Assembly (NCBI GenBank): GCA_000182565.2
Contig: KQ257452.1
Strand: one strand, 5' to 3'
From: Spizellomyces punctatus DAOM BR117
Taxonomy: Eukaryota
Length of the DNA stretch: 64,000 nucleotides
Below are positions 13,077-24,732 of this stretch, one piece after another (positions within the stretch are counted from its first letter, which is position 1; each line of letters opens with the position of its first letter). The notes under the pieces are model-generated. The model was not told the DNA's origin. It did no database searches and worked only from the letters and a program-made list of their open reading frames with translations. A program made the position numbers and the translations under genes.

Positions 13077-14759
13077 GGTACTACTGATATTGATGGCCAA
13101 CCCTCTGGCGACCATCTTGGATTGAGCAAACCAGGGCCATCGAACTACCATTTTGCTCACCATTCCAAGGACAAGGGCGATAAAAGCGACTTTAAGCGAG
13201 ACTCGCCAGTGCGAAATGGCAGCAGCTCGGATGCACCCGTCCCGTCTTCATCGACGCAACGTCCGGCGTCATTCTCCATACCGGAAAAGCCACAAGTCAC
13301 AAGCACGGAAATCGGAGTAGACACCTGTCCATTGATCTCCCAAGCGGAAGACCATTCGCCCACCACGATCTCGGGCTACACCTTTGACGAATACCGCACC
13401 CCCTCACAAACACTTCTTCAAGGTGCTTCCTCTCGTACGCTATCTGATCAAGTTATAGAAGCTAAAGTGCACCAAATTGTGGATATACCCACAGGAAACC
13501 CTATATTGACGGCCATCGATATTCAACGAAAAGAGAAAGCAGAATCTCTTCCTCCTCCAACATCTGAACAACCAAGAGCGCTTGAAATGATGGCACCTGC
13601 GGCCGAGTCGATGGTTAGGAATAACGAGGACTTGAGCGTACCCTACAACCAGCTTGGGAATGAAAGGGTTGCGCCTCCACCAGGGTTTGAACCAAGGAAT
13701 ATGAACCCTCAAGTGACAGTCAAGCAGCACGATCTAGTAACATCTGAACAGCCAAGAGGGCTTGAAATGATGGCACCTGCGGCCGAGTCGATGGTTAGGA
13801 ATATCGAGGACTTGAGCGAACCCTACAACCAGCGCTGGAATGAAAGGGTTGCACCTCCACCAGGATTTGAACCAAGGAACATGAACCCTCAAGGTCTGGT
13901 CAAGGAGCACGATCTAGTTTTCAAAGATGTTCCAACACCGGCCGAATCGCCCAGATTTCACCGAAACCCCTCGTTTTCCGCATCATCTTGGCAAGAAATG
14001 CATGGTGACTATCTGAATGACCTTCCAGACCTTGGGGATGATCCAGGATTCTATTCCGGAATGAGCCAGAGTTCTTCAATTTTAACCGATCCGGACGGTA
14101 ACATTCCGAGTCAACATATTCCCAGCCAACCGACCAATATCATGGATATGAGAGCAACGGGCACTATGAACTATAGTAGACCTGTACAAGACTATCCGCG
14201 TCGCCCCATGTTGAACATGAATACTGGTATGATCATCAACCCAAATGTCAACATATCCGCGCCACACATCAACCCAAACATGCACCTAAGGGCACCCCAA
14301 ACACCACCTGGGCCTTACCGGGCGGTGGGTCTAGGATGGATCCCACCAGTTCCTCGTTGGGCACAAGTAGATGCGACGAATTGGACCCCGCCGGTGAACC
14401 CCGGCCACCTCCAACATTCGACTTGGTCATCTGGAGCACGCCTGGCCACCCCCAACATTCAGCCTTACCCATATACCGTCCCTCAACCCAATATCATGTC
14501 GTACCCAGGACCTAGTGCGCGGCCGGGATCGTACTTGAACATGAGGCACGCACCGGAAGCTCGGCGCCCTCCTCCCATTTTCATACCACCCCAGCTACCC
14601 AACCGCGCGGTGCTAGATCCAACAATTCGTGAAATTCAGCAAGAGATGCAGCGGCTCAAGAGTCGGCCCACCAGGCAGCTCCCTCTACGTGTAACAGCAC
14701 AGGCCAAAGTTTCAAACGCCCAATATGTATACTCAGCTCGAGTAAGTAATGGGAGGTAG
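13077..14759 (+). CDS. Unknown Pro/Ser-rich disordered region, probably the C-terminal part of the gene starting at 10222
   Basis: ~560-codon open frame starting at the gap, same strand as the 10222 ORF; linkage is inferred. Confidence 0.65.
   Translation, partial: GTTDIDGQPSGDHLGLSKPGPSNYHFAHHSKDKGDKSDFKRDSPVRNGSSSDAPVPSSSTQRPASFSIPEKPQVTSTEIGVDTCPLISQAEDHSPTTISGYTFDEYRTPSQTLLQGASSRTLSDQVIEAKVHQIVDIPTGNPILTAIDIQRKEKAESLPPPTSEQPRALEMMAPAAESMVRNNEDLSVPYNQLGNERVAPPPGFEPRNMNPQVTVKQHDLVTSEQPRGLEMMAPAAESMVRNIEDLSEPYNQRWNERVAPPPGFEPRNMNPQGLVKEHDLVFKDVPTPAESPRFHRNPSFSASSWQEMHGDYLNDLPDLGDDPGFYSGMSQSSSILTDPDGNIPSQHIPSQPTNIMDMRATGTMNYSRPVQDYPRRPMLNMNTGMIINPNVNISAPHINPNMHLRAPQTPPGPYRAVGLGWIPPVPRWAQVDATNWTPPVNPGHLQHSTWSSGARLATPNIQPYPYTVPQPNIMSYPGPSARPGSYLNMRHAPEARRPPPIFIPPQLPNRAVLDPTIREIQQEMQRLKSRPTRQLPLRVTAQAKVSNAQYVYSARVSNGR
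13559..13918 (+). repeat. In-frame tandem duplication, 2 x 180 nt (60 aa), each with PPPGF
   Basis: TSEQPR(A/G)LEMMAPAAESMVRN...ERVAPPPGFEPRNMNPQ..K.HDLV repeated with 180-nt period and scattered substitutions. Confidence 0.95.
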
Positions 14760-14949
14760 GATACTGCATTGAAATGGTTGTGTCTGCGGGTGAGCGTTAC
14801 AAATTTCATATCCTTTGTCAATCAATGCTCGCCAAATTGAGACAATTTATTGGACACAATGCACCTATTCACATATTGTATACAGCAAAAGAATAATGAT
14901 AAAAAGAATAAAATAACATTAAGCCAAAACTATCTCTGCAGATCAGCCC

Positions 14950-16130
14950 CTAAGAATCTTCGGATTTTGTCTTCTTTCGCCGTTTTCGCTTCTTTTTCTT
15001 TTTCTCTCCAGCCGGTTCCCCATCTACTGTCTTCTCTCCCTCAAGTGCTTCATCGTTGTCCTCTAAAGGGCGTGGCCTCTTTTTCGTCAACGTGGAGAGC
15101 GCCTCTTGAGCTACCTGCGGAGGTTCAACCTCGACTACTGATGGACTACCCGGTCCATCCTCCCTCATCTTGTTTGGTTTTTGCGTTGCTGCCTCCCCCA
15201 CCGAAACAGAAGTTCCGGTATCCCCCTGCTCGCCGCCTTCCTCCAATTCATCAGTCTTCTTCTTCGTCTTCTTCTTCTTTGCCTTTTTCGAACCTGCTGC
15301 TTCCGCGTCCGTTCGTTTCTTTTTGACAGAAAGCGGATTGGGACCTTTTGCTTTCTTCTTACGCTTTGATGGCTCAGGCGCAAGTGGCTCTGGTTTGTTC
15401 AAAATAGAGACCTCGAAAGACTGAGGAAGAGTTTTTGCAATCTCCATCTTTTCATGAAAGTCGCTTAGTGACATTCGTAGGATGATCAAGGACCGTACAC
15501 CATTTACCTCCTGTATTTTCGCCATGGTAGCCGCACTCGGCGGCTCGAGTATGACAACGCTTCTATTAATGTAAATCAGCGGTGTGCCAGGTATTTTTCT
15601 TAGGTCGCTTCGTAATGCTTGATCTTGTGTGGCAACACAGTAGTTGTGCTGGTTGGACTCTCCAATGATTTGTCGTATACATTCGGCAGCGGGAACGGGG
15701 GAATGGGTGTGTGCACACCGACGACGCTCGAAACGCTTAGCATTCAGCGAAGCACCAGTGAAATCCGGGCCGAGCGCTCGAAGTTCGGCTTGTACACACG
15801 AGGTTGTCACTAGAAAAAGCAACAGTGAGCAGGTGTCCAAACAGATTGTGCATGTGTGTTTTTCTCAAACTCTCTCTAATCAAACTTACTCGGCCTCGCA
15901 GTACCGGTTAGCACCTTCGGCAAAGCATCCCTAACATCTGTTCGCATTTGAAGCGCAACAGCTATAAAGTTTCCATCCACTGTAAACAGCACTCGGTCAA
16001 TTCAATTTCTCTGTCGCTCGCTCCCGAAAATGAGAACCTTACCCAACACTTGATACGGCTCCCTAAACCCAAAGGAATGGGTGTAAACGCTTATATGACG
16101 CTTGTTTGTCTTTTGACGCTTGACCTTCAT
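14950..16130 (-). CDS. UTP23: SSU processome PIN-domain protein Utp23
   Basis: MKVKRQK..YTHSFGFREPYQVL, FERRRCAH, YCVATQDQALR..LRKIPGTPLIYI, KKKAKGPNPLSVKKK. Confidence 0.93.
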
Positions 16131-16515
16131 CCTTCTCCAGCAATTCAAATCGCCAAAGCTCAAGAAACTCGCCAAAAACAATTCACGATCTGTTCGTAAA
16201 AGGTTATATTGATAAACACGTGATCGGATTGAGTAAGCAGCGGGAGTTGAACTCAATAAACATCGAATCGAATTGCAGTTTTACCATGAAGAAATCGTAT
16301 ATGGTGCAAATGCTTATTATCAGCAATAAAAGTCTGCAAAAGTACATAAATACAGTTTAGATGACCAAGGGCAGTTAACCATATCGCAGGACGCTAACTC
16401 ATTGTCTGACGCGATTGCTGTCAAAGAATTCTTGTTTCCTGTTTGTGCCTTTAATTACTACTTCCTCCGCCTTTCCTCATACTCAGATCCCTTAATCTGC
16501 CTCATATGCATTGAT

Positions 16516-17833
16516 TCATCCTACAATCTTCAACTCCTCTTTCCGATCCTATAGCAATGTGAGAGGTTGTGCAACGAGACATAGAGATCACAGACATTCC
16601 TACCTTGTCGTACTCATCCTTATATTTGTCATAAAGGCTCTGCAGAGCTTGAATGTATTTTGCTTGCAGTTCGTCGATTTGAGTCGAGGTTGGATTTTCC
16701 GTTTTAGTAACGGGTATCGGTTTTCCTACTGCAAGTATGATAGGCAACGTATCAGGGGGGTTACCTGTCCTTAGCAAGGCTGCAACGTACCAACGGTGAC
16801 GACACGTTGCTGTCGCGGGATCAGTGTATACCATCGTCCGTAAGCCAGAGGTATGGTGAAGCCGCATAGTCGCAGGAGTGCTTTTTGAAGTTTGTAGAGC
16901 ATAGGGTGGCTCATTTGATTCCATAGCGATGTTTCTCCAAAACTGTATATCGGAACGAGGGCTGCACTGTTTGCTGGTTAAGGAAATGAATTCTAGAAGA
17001 GATGCAGCGTGCTCTTACCCAGTTTCCAAAGCAACCTTAAAGAAACCCTTCCTTTTCTTCAAGACGATCCTATTCGTTCCCTCAAAACACTCCAAGCTCT
17101 CGGCTGCCCCGCCAATCACAACTCCAACAGCCTTATTTCGACCTCTACTCAGCCAGTATTTGATCGAATTCTTTTCAACGCTAATAAGACCATGAATCAA
17201 TGCGAGCTCTCGAATGAACGGAAAGAGGAAGATGATATTGAGCGTGGCAATACGGCGGTCGATGGACGGAAAGAGAGATTTGAATCCGGTGACATCCGTG
17301 AGAACGTTGACAAAATGACTGTAGCCTGGAGATTGATAGTTAACGGTACACATTCCACAAGCTTAATAGTCAGCCACCCTTACAGATAATGCCATGAGGA
17401 TGCAAACCCATCAGATAGGGCCCGTTTTCTGGATCTAAATCCGCCTCTTTGTGCAACTCTTGCGGGAAATAGTCGCTGGCATTCAAGGCATTAGCCGTTG
17501 ATGCACCCGCGGATCACAATTACTCGGTCAGTCCCTACCGGATATGCTCTGGCAAATACAGCCTGTTCTTTAGAACGTCGTTGACTCGGTTCCCTCCGCC
17601 CTTCCACGGATCGCGATCAAATAAAGCGTACCATGCCACATAAACGAGAAGCACGGGACTAAATAGATATAATGAATGATTACTGGGTCTCATTTATTTG
17701 GCGGAGCCATAGCGTCCAAATACCGAAATAAGGTGGTCGACAAGGACAGAGTCAGTACGACAAGCGGGCCCATTGTCAGGACAAGGACGGGAATGAGTAC
17801 GGCAATGAGTTGAATGATACGTTTATGAAACAT
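16516..17833 (-). CDS. DGA1: Diacylglycerol O-acyltransferase 2 family (DAGAT)
   Basis: YFP, PYLMGLHPHGI, VVIGGAAESL, RKGFFKVALETG, VGKPIPV and YIQALQSLYDKYK motifs. Confidence 0.88.
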
Positions 17834-18162
17834 TGCGATTGTGAATCAATATGGCTACTCTAGAAAAAGCTCGGTAAAAGGCGACTGAAATAGCTGCTTT
17901 GCCAGGCATTTTGCGGGAATCGCTGCTGCGCTTTCTGCTCTGCATTGCTCGCGTCGTGTCGTGTCGCGTCGCATAACGCAATCATGGGGGGGCGCTCGGG
18001 CTTCGTGCCCGTGAGCTGGATTTTGTGAACAACCCTTGAGCACGAGAACGACAGACGCACGGCTTACCCTGCGTATGGCTAGGGACGTATTCAAAGACCA
18101 CTAATGTCCGCCAAAGAATGCTTTTAGATCACTCAAATATCTATGTACACTTTTACGGGGCA

Positions 18163-19979
18163 CTACACTTCCCAGTTCAGGGCTCTAACAAACTCTTCTT
18201 CGGTAAAGTCCAACAGCTTGGCGGCTTCAATGTGCATCTGTGTTGTCCCAATTCAGCAAGGCAATAATGAAGAAGACCCAAAGGAGATACAAACCTACCT
18301 TCTGCCGCTTTAGCACATCAATCAACTGGGCCTGTTTGCGAAACGCAGTTAACAGTTCGCCTTTTTGCTTTTGCACTCTCCGCAAGTCAGCCAAAAGCTT
18401 TTCGTTCACACGTTTGGATTCTTCCAGTTTTTCCTGGTAACAGGCCTGATCAATACCTCTGGTTTAGCAGAAGCGTAAGTCGTTATCTACAAACTTTGGT
18501 ATCGGCCGCTGTTCTTGCTGCTGCCTGTTTGTGTCGCTCGATCTCATCTAAGGCTCGATTCAGCCTTTTTGAAAGGTGTAGAGTTGTTCAAACGTGTATC
18601 AATCAACCAAGAGACCGAGTGTATTGCTACCTGACATCTTTGGCATTTCCCTCGGTTTCCGATTGCCGTTGGGCACGAGCCTTTGCCTCCATGTCCTACC
18701 AATTTGGAGTAAGGAAACCTGAATTGTACTCTTCATCACCGTACATTTGGTCGTACCTTTTTCAGTGTAGCAGCTTCCCCCTCTGTACTCTCCACTCGCT
18801 TTTTGAGCTCTTCATTCTGCTTTTTATATTTGTCCACCTGGGATTGGAGAGATTGGACCCCTTTTGAAAGTTTGGAATTCTCAGTATCCGCTAGCTTCAG
18901 ACGTTGGTCTAAAGAGGATATCATTTCATTCTTGGATGCCATGTCAATGGACGGCATTGGCAGAGAACAATATGTACCACATATACCTTGGTCTCATGCT
19001 CTGAAATCAATCTGTCCATGTCCTGCTGCATCATTTGCAGTCTCGCTTTTAGAATACGGTTGGCGGCTTCTGACCCAATGGCTTCATCGGTTACATCTGG
19101 GGGTAACCCGCTCAATGATTGTGATTCGACTGTTTGCTGGGGCATATCGGCAGAAGCGTTGCGAGAAAGTGGAGTCGACGAGTGCGCCGCTTCCTTTTGA
19201 CTGAAGACCAGTCAGATGCATTCCAAAGGAAAGTAGGCTACCATTGCACATACTGTGACGATTTGCTCAGACTTGCAACAGGTTGCGTTCCTTTCTGAAA
19301 GGCATTGTGAATGAGAAACGTACCGCCAAAGAGTATGCAGAGGCAACATACCCTCCGCTTCGAATTCGCTGGAGTAACAGTGCGCCCAGTTTGGGGTCGC
19401 CTTGTTGTCTTTCCTGCAGCCGGCCTGCGAATGGACTAGCCTCAGCGGGGTACCCACATAAATAACTGTGCTAAGGTGGATGTCTTTAACTCTTACCCTA
19501 CGGTGTCCTCCGCCGCGCGGCTTACGCATGGTGCTGTCACAGGCCGAACTAATGTCTCCCTTCCCTCTCTCTACAAGCAGAAGACGCTTCATGACCATGC
19601 CAGTCACCACACCCAGTGCACAGTTTGGCTTACAACAACATCTTCAACAGCTCTAACGATCTTGGCCGACTTTGACTGTATTTCTCTGTTCATTCGGCTG
19701 AAAAGTACCTTCTTTAGCCCTTGATCGGGTATCCCTTCTCCTATTTTGAAGATTTCATGCTTACATGTATTCTCGTTCCTTTTTCAACAGCTCTTCACTG
19801 ATCTTGAAATCAGTGGCATCATCATTATCGTCTGGATCCGTTGGGATCTTTGAACGTTACTTCACAATCTACGTTAAGGGTTGCTTATTTCGATTACAAT
19901 ATGTACCATCTACTTCGTCTTCCCTGGCAATGGACGTTCCTTCATCGGAACTGTCTCCTGATTCGAACTTCGATAACAT
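18163..19979 (-). CDS. TEX9: TEX9-like coiled-coil centriolar/ciliary protein (multi-exon; start uncertain)
   Basis: IGSEAANRILKARL and C-terminal [35 protein letters not shown] resemble TEX9. Confidence 0.8.
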
Positions 19980-21085
19980 CTTAATTATGAGACACAAAGT
20001 ACAGAAAGACAAAATTCAATAAAAGTTATTTACCACCATCATATGCTTTGCTTTATTTGTCTGTATGAGTGAAATAATACTGAACTGGTCACTTGAATAA
20101 CAGAGATCTCTGGACGTCGTTGCTTGAGCTTCACGTCGGGTCGACGGCACGTGATGAGGATCTCGTAATCCACCGACTTGAGCGCGTTTCTACAGACCGG
20201 TACTCAACCCAAAAGCAGAATGGAAAACACTACAATCCATTAGAATACTATAGGACGGCTGCCTCATATGCTGCTAGTGGACCGGTCATGATTAGAACAA
20301 AATTCGAATATAACTCCTCCTCAAATTACTTTGATCCATTAGTGTTTTCCCGACGGGACACAGATCGACCGGTGAGCTTCCAAAAGTACCACCATTGACG
20401 CTTGCGGGCAAGGCCGTTATGGGAAAGTAAGATGAAGTTCCAGTAGCTCCAATTAGCTGGCACAAGTGTTATTGTGGGTGAAAAAGCTCTAGTGGTCTCG
20501 GCTCCATTTCACACCGAAATCAAGATGGATCCTTATTAATGTGGTTCCACACTTGGTGGGGTGCAGTCTACCTGACCAGGACTTTTGGTTATCTGGATCA
20601 TACGTGTTCTTCAAAGCGCCACCAGTTTTCCCAATTGCAGTTCATGGGACGACTATTGGTGCATGCTCCTTCCCAAGCATCATTGCTCAAGCAATGGTCA
20701 TATTTGATAGGAGAGAGATTTTGATGCTGACGTATGGAATGGACTTCATACGTTGTTGGTAAAGATAATTTCTGGCGAACGAAACTTGAAAATGCTAATG
20801 CTATATGTATGCATGCCGTCGGCAATGTCCCGCTGATCGCTCGGATAAACGGTCGTCCAACAATCTGGGTGGTCCTGTACCTTGGTCTACTCAACACACA
20901 ATCAATCAATGAATTTGAATTTGGCTGTTCCAATGTCCGCAACACAGCCCAATGGGAAATAATGAGAGCCTTATAACAGCTTCCGCATCGGCGACAATAG
21001 TCAAAGGAAGGTGAACTCTACAGGAAAGGAATCTGAAATAATGGCAGTTTGCTCACGTAAGTGTTCGCGACCTTTGGCGCGTCCC

Positions 21086-21128
21086 ATCACCCCACCCAGT
21101 CGCGTAAGCGCGATACACATCACACCAT
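21086..21128 (+). promoter_or_regulatory. Sterol regulatory elements upstream of ERG3
   Basis: ATCACCCCAC (canonical SRE-1) at 21086-21095 and ATCACACCAT at 21119-21128. Confidence 0.65.
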
Positions 21129-21338
21129 GGCAAGAAACACTTGCTGGTTGGGTGGCATTTCCGTGGTTTCTTCCAAGGACCGGTGATGGATTTTTTTTGT
21201 AAGAATGACTGGTATTAATGGTTCGTAAGCTTCGCTGCTTGCAGAACATCCCCTCTCGGTACGGCAAAGATAAAATAGACAAAAAACGAGGCCATCTGCC
21301 TTTGCTCATTGCAGCCTACTCTCGGCAGTGTCGCTAGT

Positions 21339-22650
21339 ATGGATGTCATCCTCGATTTAGCCGACAACCATGGGCTGGATGCCTTGTATGCCCAATTTCC
21401 TTCGACACTTCAACCCTATGTCGCTGACCGGCATCATGCATTTCGACAATGTTTCTCCCTCTGGCTTATCGCCGTTGTCGGCGTCAACCTCCTTTACTTC
21501 ATTTTCTCTACCTTATCGTACTACTTCCTCTTCGACCACTCCTTAATGAAGCATCCAAAGTTCCTGCCAAATCAGATACGGCGCGAGATAATGCTCTCCG
21601 TCACCTCGTTCCCTGTGACCGCCTTGGTAACTGTTCCCTGGTTCTATTTCGAAGTGCGGGGTTACAGTAAATTGTACAAGAATGTGGACGACTATGGGTG
21701 GGGGTACTTTTACCTGAGTATTGGAATGTTTTTGGCCTTCACGGATTGTTTGATCTACTGGATACATCGGTTCGAGCATCACCCGATGCTCTATTGGTGG
21801 CTGCACAAACAACATCATGCATGGAAAGTGTCGACGCCGTTTGCAAGCTTTGCGTTCCACCCGCTGGTAGGTTGAAGATACTGAGACACTGATGCTTTGC
21901 TGGAAGGACTGGGGACTCATACCCGTGGCCAATTGTGGGATTTCACGGGTTGGCGCAAGGGAACTGGGATCCGCACGAGAGTGAAGCGTGGTCGGAATGA
22001 TACTCTTCGTGGACGCAGGGATCTCACCATCTCCCAATTGCTCCACAGGATGGATATTTTCAATCCATACCCTATCATGCCTTTGTATTCATCTTCCCGA
22101 TGCATGCATATGCCTATCTTGCGGCTTTTGTGCTTGTGCAGATATGGACGATCAGCATTCATGATGGGTGAGAATCTACTTAACAGCATTTTTTTGATAT
22201 TGTGGGAGTAGCGTCTAAGATGATTGCCGCATTTTCTCCCTATTTTTGCAGAGCGTACTTTACCCAACATCCCATTATCAATAGCTCAGCGCACCACACA
22301 GTGCATCATTTGGAGTTCAACTATAACTACGGACAATACACGACTCTGTGGTATGGATCTCCTTTGGCAGCGTTCTCGATTAGTATGGCACATACTTGAA
22401 CTTTTTTTTCCTTCTTTTTAACTATAGGGATCGCATCGGGGGTTCATACAAGGAACCCACTGAACATGTCGAAAACAACATGTTCTTTGAAAAACTTTCC
22501 AAACGAATGGCCCAGTACGAAAAGAATGACGAGAGTAGGATGCAGACTGCCTTAATCGACAATAAGGACCAGAAAAGGCGCAATCGAAAACTGGGCAAAG
22601 GGCGTGCAAATGGTAAAGGACATCAAGCACGATTGGTAAAAGAAGACTAG
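21339..22650 (+). CDS. ERG3: Sterol C-5 desaturase
   Basis: [13 protein letters not shown], His boxes [53 protein letters not shown]. Confidence 0.95.
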
Positions 22651-22898
22651 TGAATATAATCTGGCGCACGATTTTGCATATGGTAGTTTTAGATATTTTT
22701 AACAAAAGATTAGGTTCTGGTCATCATCTCCTATTCTCGTTTTGCTGCATCGAACTTTTGTCTACTTGAGATGCAGGCAGCAATATCCCAAGCATTCTTT
22801 GCAGTTGCCACGCAACCGACGGCACAGTCATTCCAGGTGGAAAATGAATTCTTGAGCCAATTGACCTTCCTGCACTCGGGCTTCAACACATCGGCACA

Positions 22899-24506
22899 AT
22901 GTCCTCCGCTAGTGTGGCCTTCTTCTCCGGGGATCAGGTAAGAAATTCAATGTGGGAGGGACAGAGTGTTTGTCTGATCCCGCCTGTTTCGACATGCCTG
23001 ATTGACTGGTGATCTGTCTGTTTGACGTAGTCCGCTCTCGAGCTCGCAAACTATATTGGCGTGGCCAAGGGGGAGCAAGCGGAGACTGGTGCCTTTTTTC
23101 AATCGACAAAGCAATTGCTCTCTGAGGAGAAGTACACGGAGGTGCTAACCAAATTTGCGAATGAGAGCGCTGCTTTGCTGGAGGCAACGGAGAAAGGTAG
23201 GACTCTCAGCCTGGTAGTAGGACGAGGACAAAGGAGAAATATCGTCTGCTGCCAGATCTCTTTAGCATGCGGCCGCTGGCTTGCAGAGGATTAACACTCT
23301 CCTCTCTGTTACCCCAGATTTCGAGCCACTGTACAATCTTCTCATTGCCTTGATCAAGGATGCTCAACCCGAAATCGTACCCAAACTCGTAAACAGCATC
23401 ATCCAGCCAATCGTTGCTAGCGGCACCGACAAGGCCAACTTGAGACTCAAAGTGTAATTATCGCTCGTAATGTTCAGGCTGATACGCAGGGCTTACAACG
23501 TGCTGATTTTGTCACAGTCTTTCGAACCTCTACAACAACCTTGAGAGCAACTCTCCTGTCCGTTACGATGTGTTTGTAGCAATTTTGAACGTTGCGGCTG
23601 AGACCGGCGAGCTGGACGTTCTTGTTCCCCACTTGTTGTCTTTGGATGCTTGGATTGCGGAATGGGGTGTGGCATTAAACCAGAGAAGAGCATTATACCT
23701 TCTCATCAGCCAAAAATTGGAGCAGAGCGGGGAATAGTAAGTCTATGTTATATGTCGTGGATGAACGGGGTTACTTATACCTTTATACTATAGCACTCGT
23801 GAGGCGTACGAGTTTCTACTAAAATATCTTGCCACGTTCGACAATGGAGATGCAAAGTCACTGCAAGAGGCAAAGGATGCTGCTATTCGTGCAGTGAAGG
23901 AGGCTTTCCGCATCCCCACGGTGCTTGATTTCGAGGACTTGTTCAAATTGCAAGCTGTCCAGGCTCTCAAGCCAAGCAAGCTTTTTGACCTCCTTAAGAT
24001 TTTCTTGGACGAAAGCCTGAAACAATACCAGGAGTTTGTAAAAGCAAATCCTGGGTTCATTGACGAACACGGTTCGTTTCCACGCTTTTCCGCTTGATAG
24101 CTTCACTTTATACTGACGTAGGCATTGGTTAGGACTTTCGGAGGAGGACAATCTCACAAAGATGCGCCTTCTATCTATGGCAAGTTTGGCTGCTGCAAAT
24201 GTCCAGGGAGAGGTTGCGTATGACACCATTGCTCAAACTCTCGACGTTCCGGAGGATGAAGTGGAGATTTGGGTCATCAACGTAATTCGGGCTGGGTTGA
24301 TGGACGCCAAAATGAATCAGTTGAAGCGCACGGTTGTTGTGGGTCGATCGGTCCACCGAGTATTCAGCGAGACAGAATGGCAACAGTTGAACGATAAATT
24401 GAATGCATGGAAGGCAAATCTAAAAGATGTCCTTCAGGTTATTTCAAATGCAAAGTTGATTGCGGGATCACAAGGTGCTACTATCGAAACCGTTATTACA
24501 GCATAA
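22899..24506 (+). CDS. TIF3M: Translation initiation factor eIF3 subunit M (PCI domain)
   Basis: KMRLLSMASLA, YDTIAQTLDVPEDEVEIWVINVIRAGLMDAKMNQ, HRVFSETEWQQL PCI motifs. Confidence 0.88.
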
Positions 24507-24732
24507 TGCGGTGGAGCGATATAGTAAAATAGAGAGTGGGTAGGATAGGCTGTAGAGATTTGTTTTCTTTTTGTATATCACATTTCATCCCAAATGCCCA
24601 TCATCTTTTGTGTCGATCTTGAGAACACGTGATATGTCATGGCAACAAGCATTTTCATGAGCCTCTCCGATCTTGCTCGTTCTGCTACGAAATTCCGACC
24701 ATTTCCAAAGTTTGGCCAACGTTTTTCAAGAA

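Noticed and set aside
20093-21309. Short ORFs upstream of ERG3
   Set aside because: No recognisable domains or coherent exon chain; better explained as promoter and 5' UTR
21867-22048. ERG3 intron as a TPP riboswitch or canonical H/ACA snoRNA
   Set aside because: Lacks the TPP aptamer core, has no ANANNA hinge and has ACC instead of ACA; kept only as an unclassified structure
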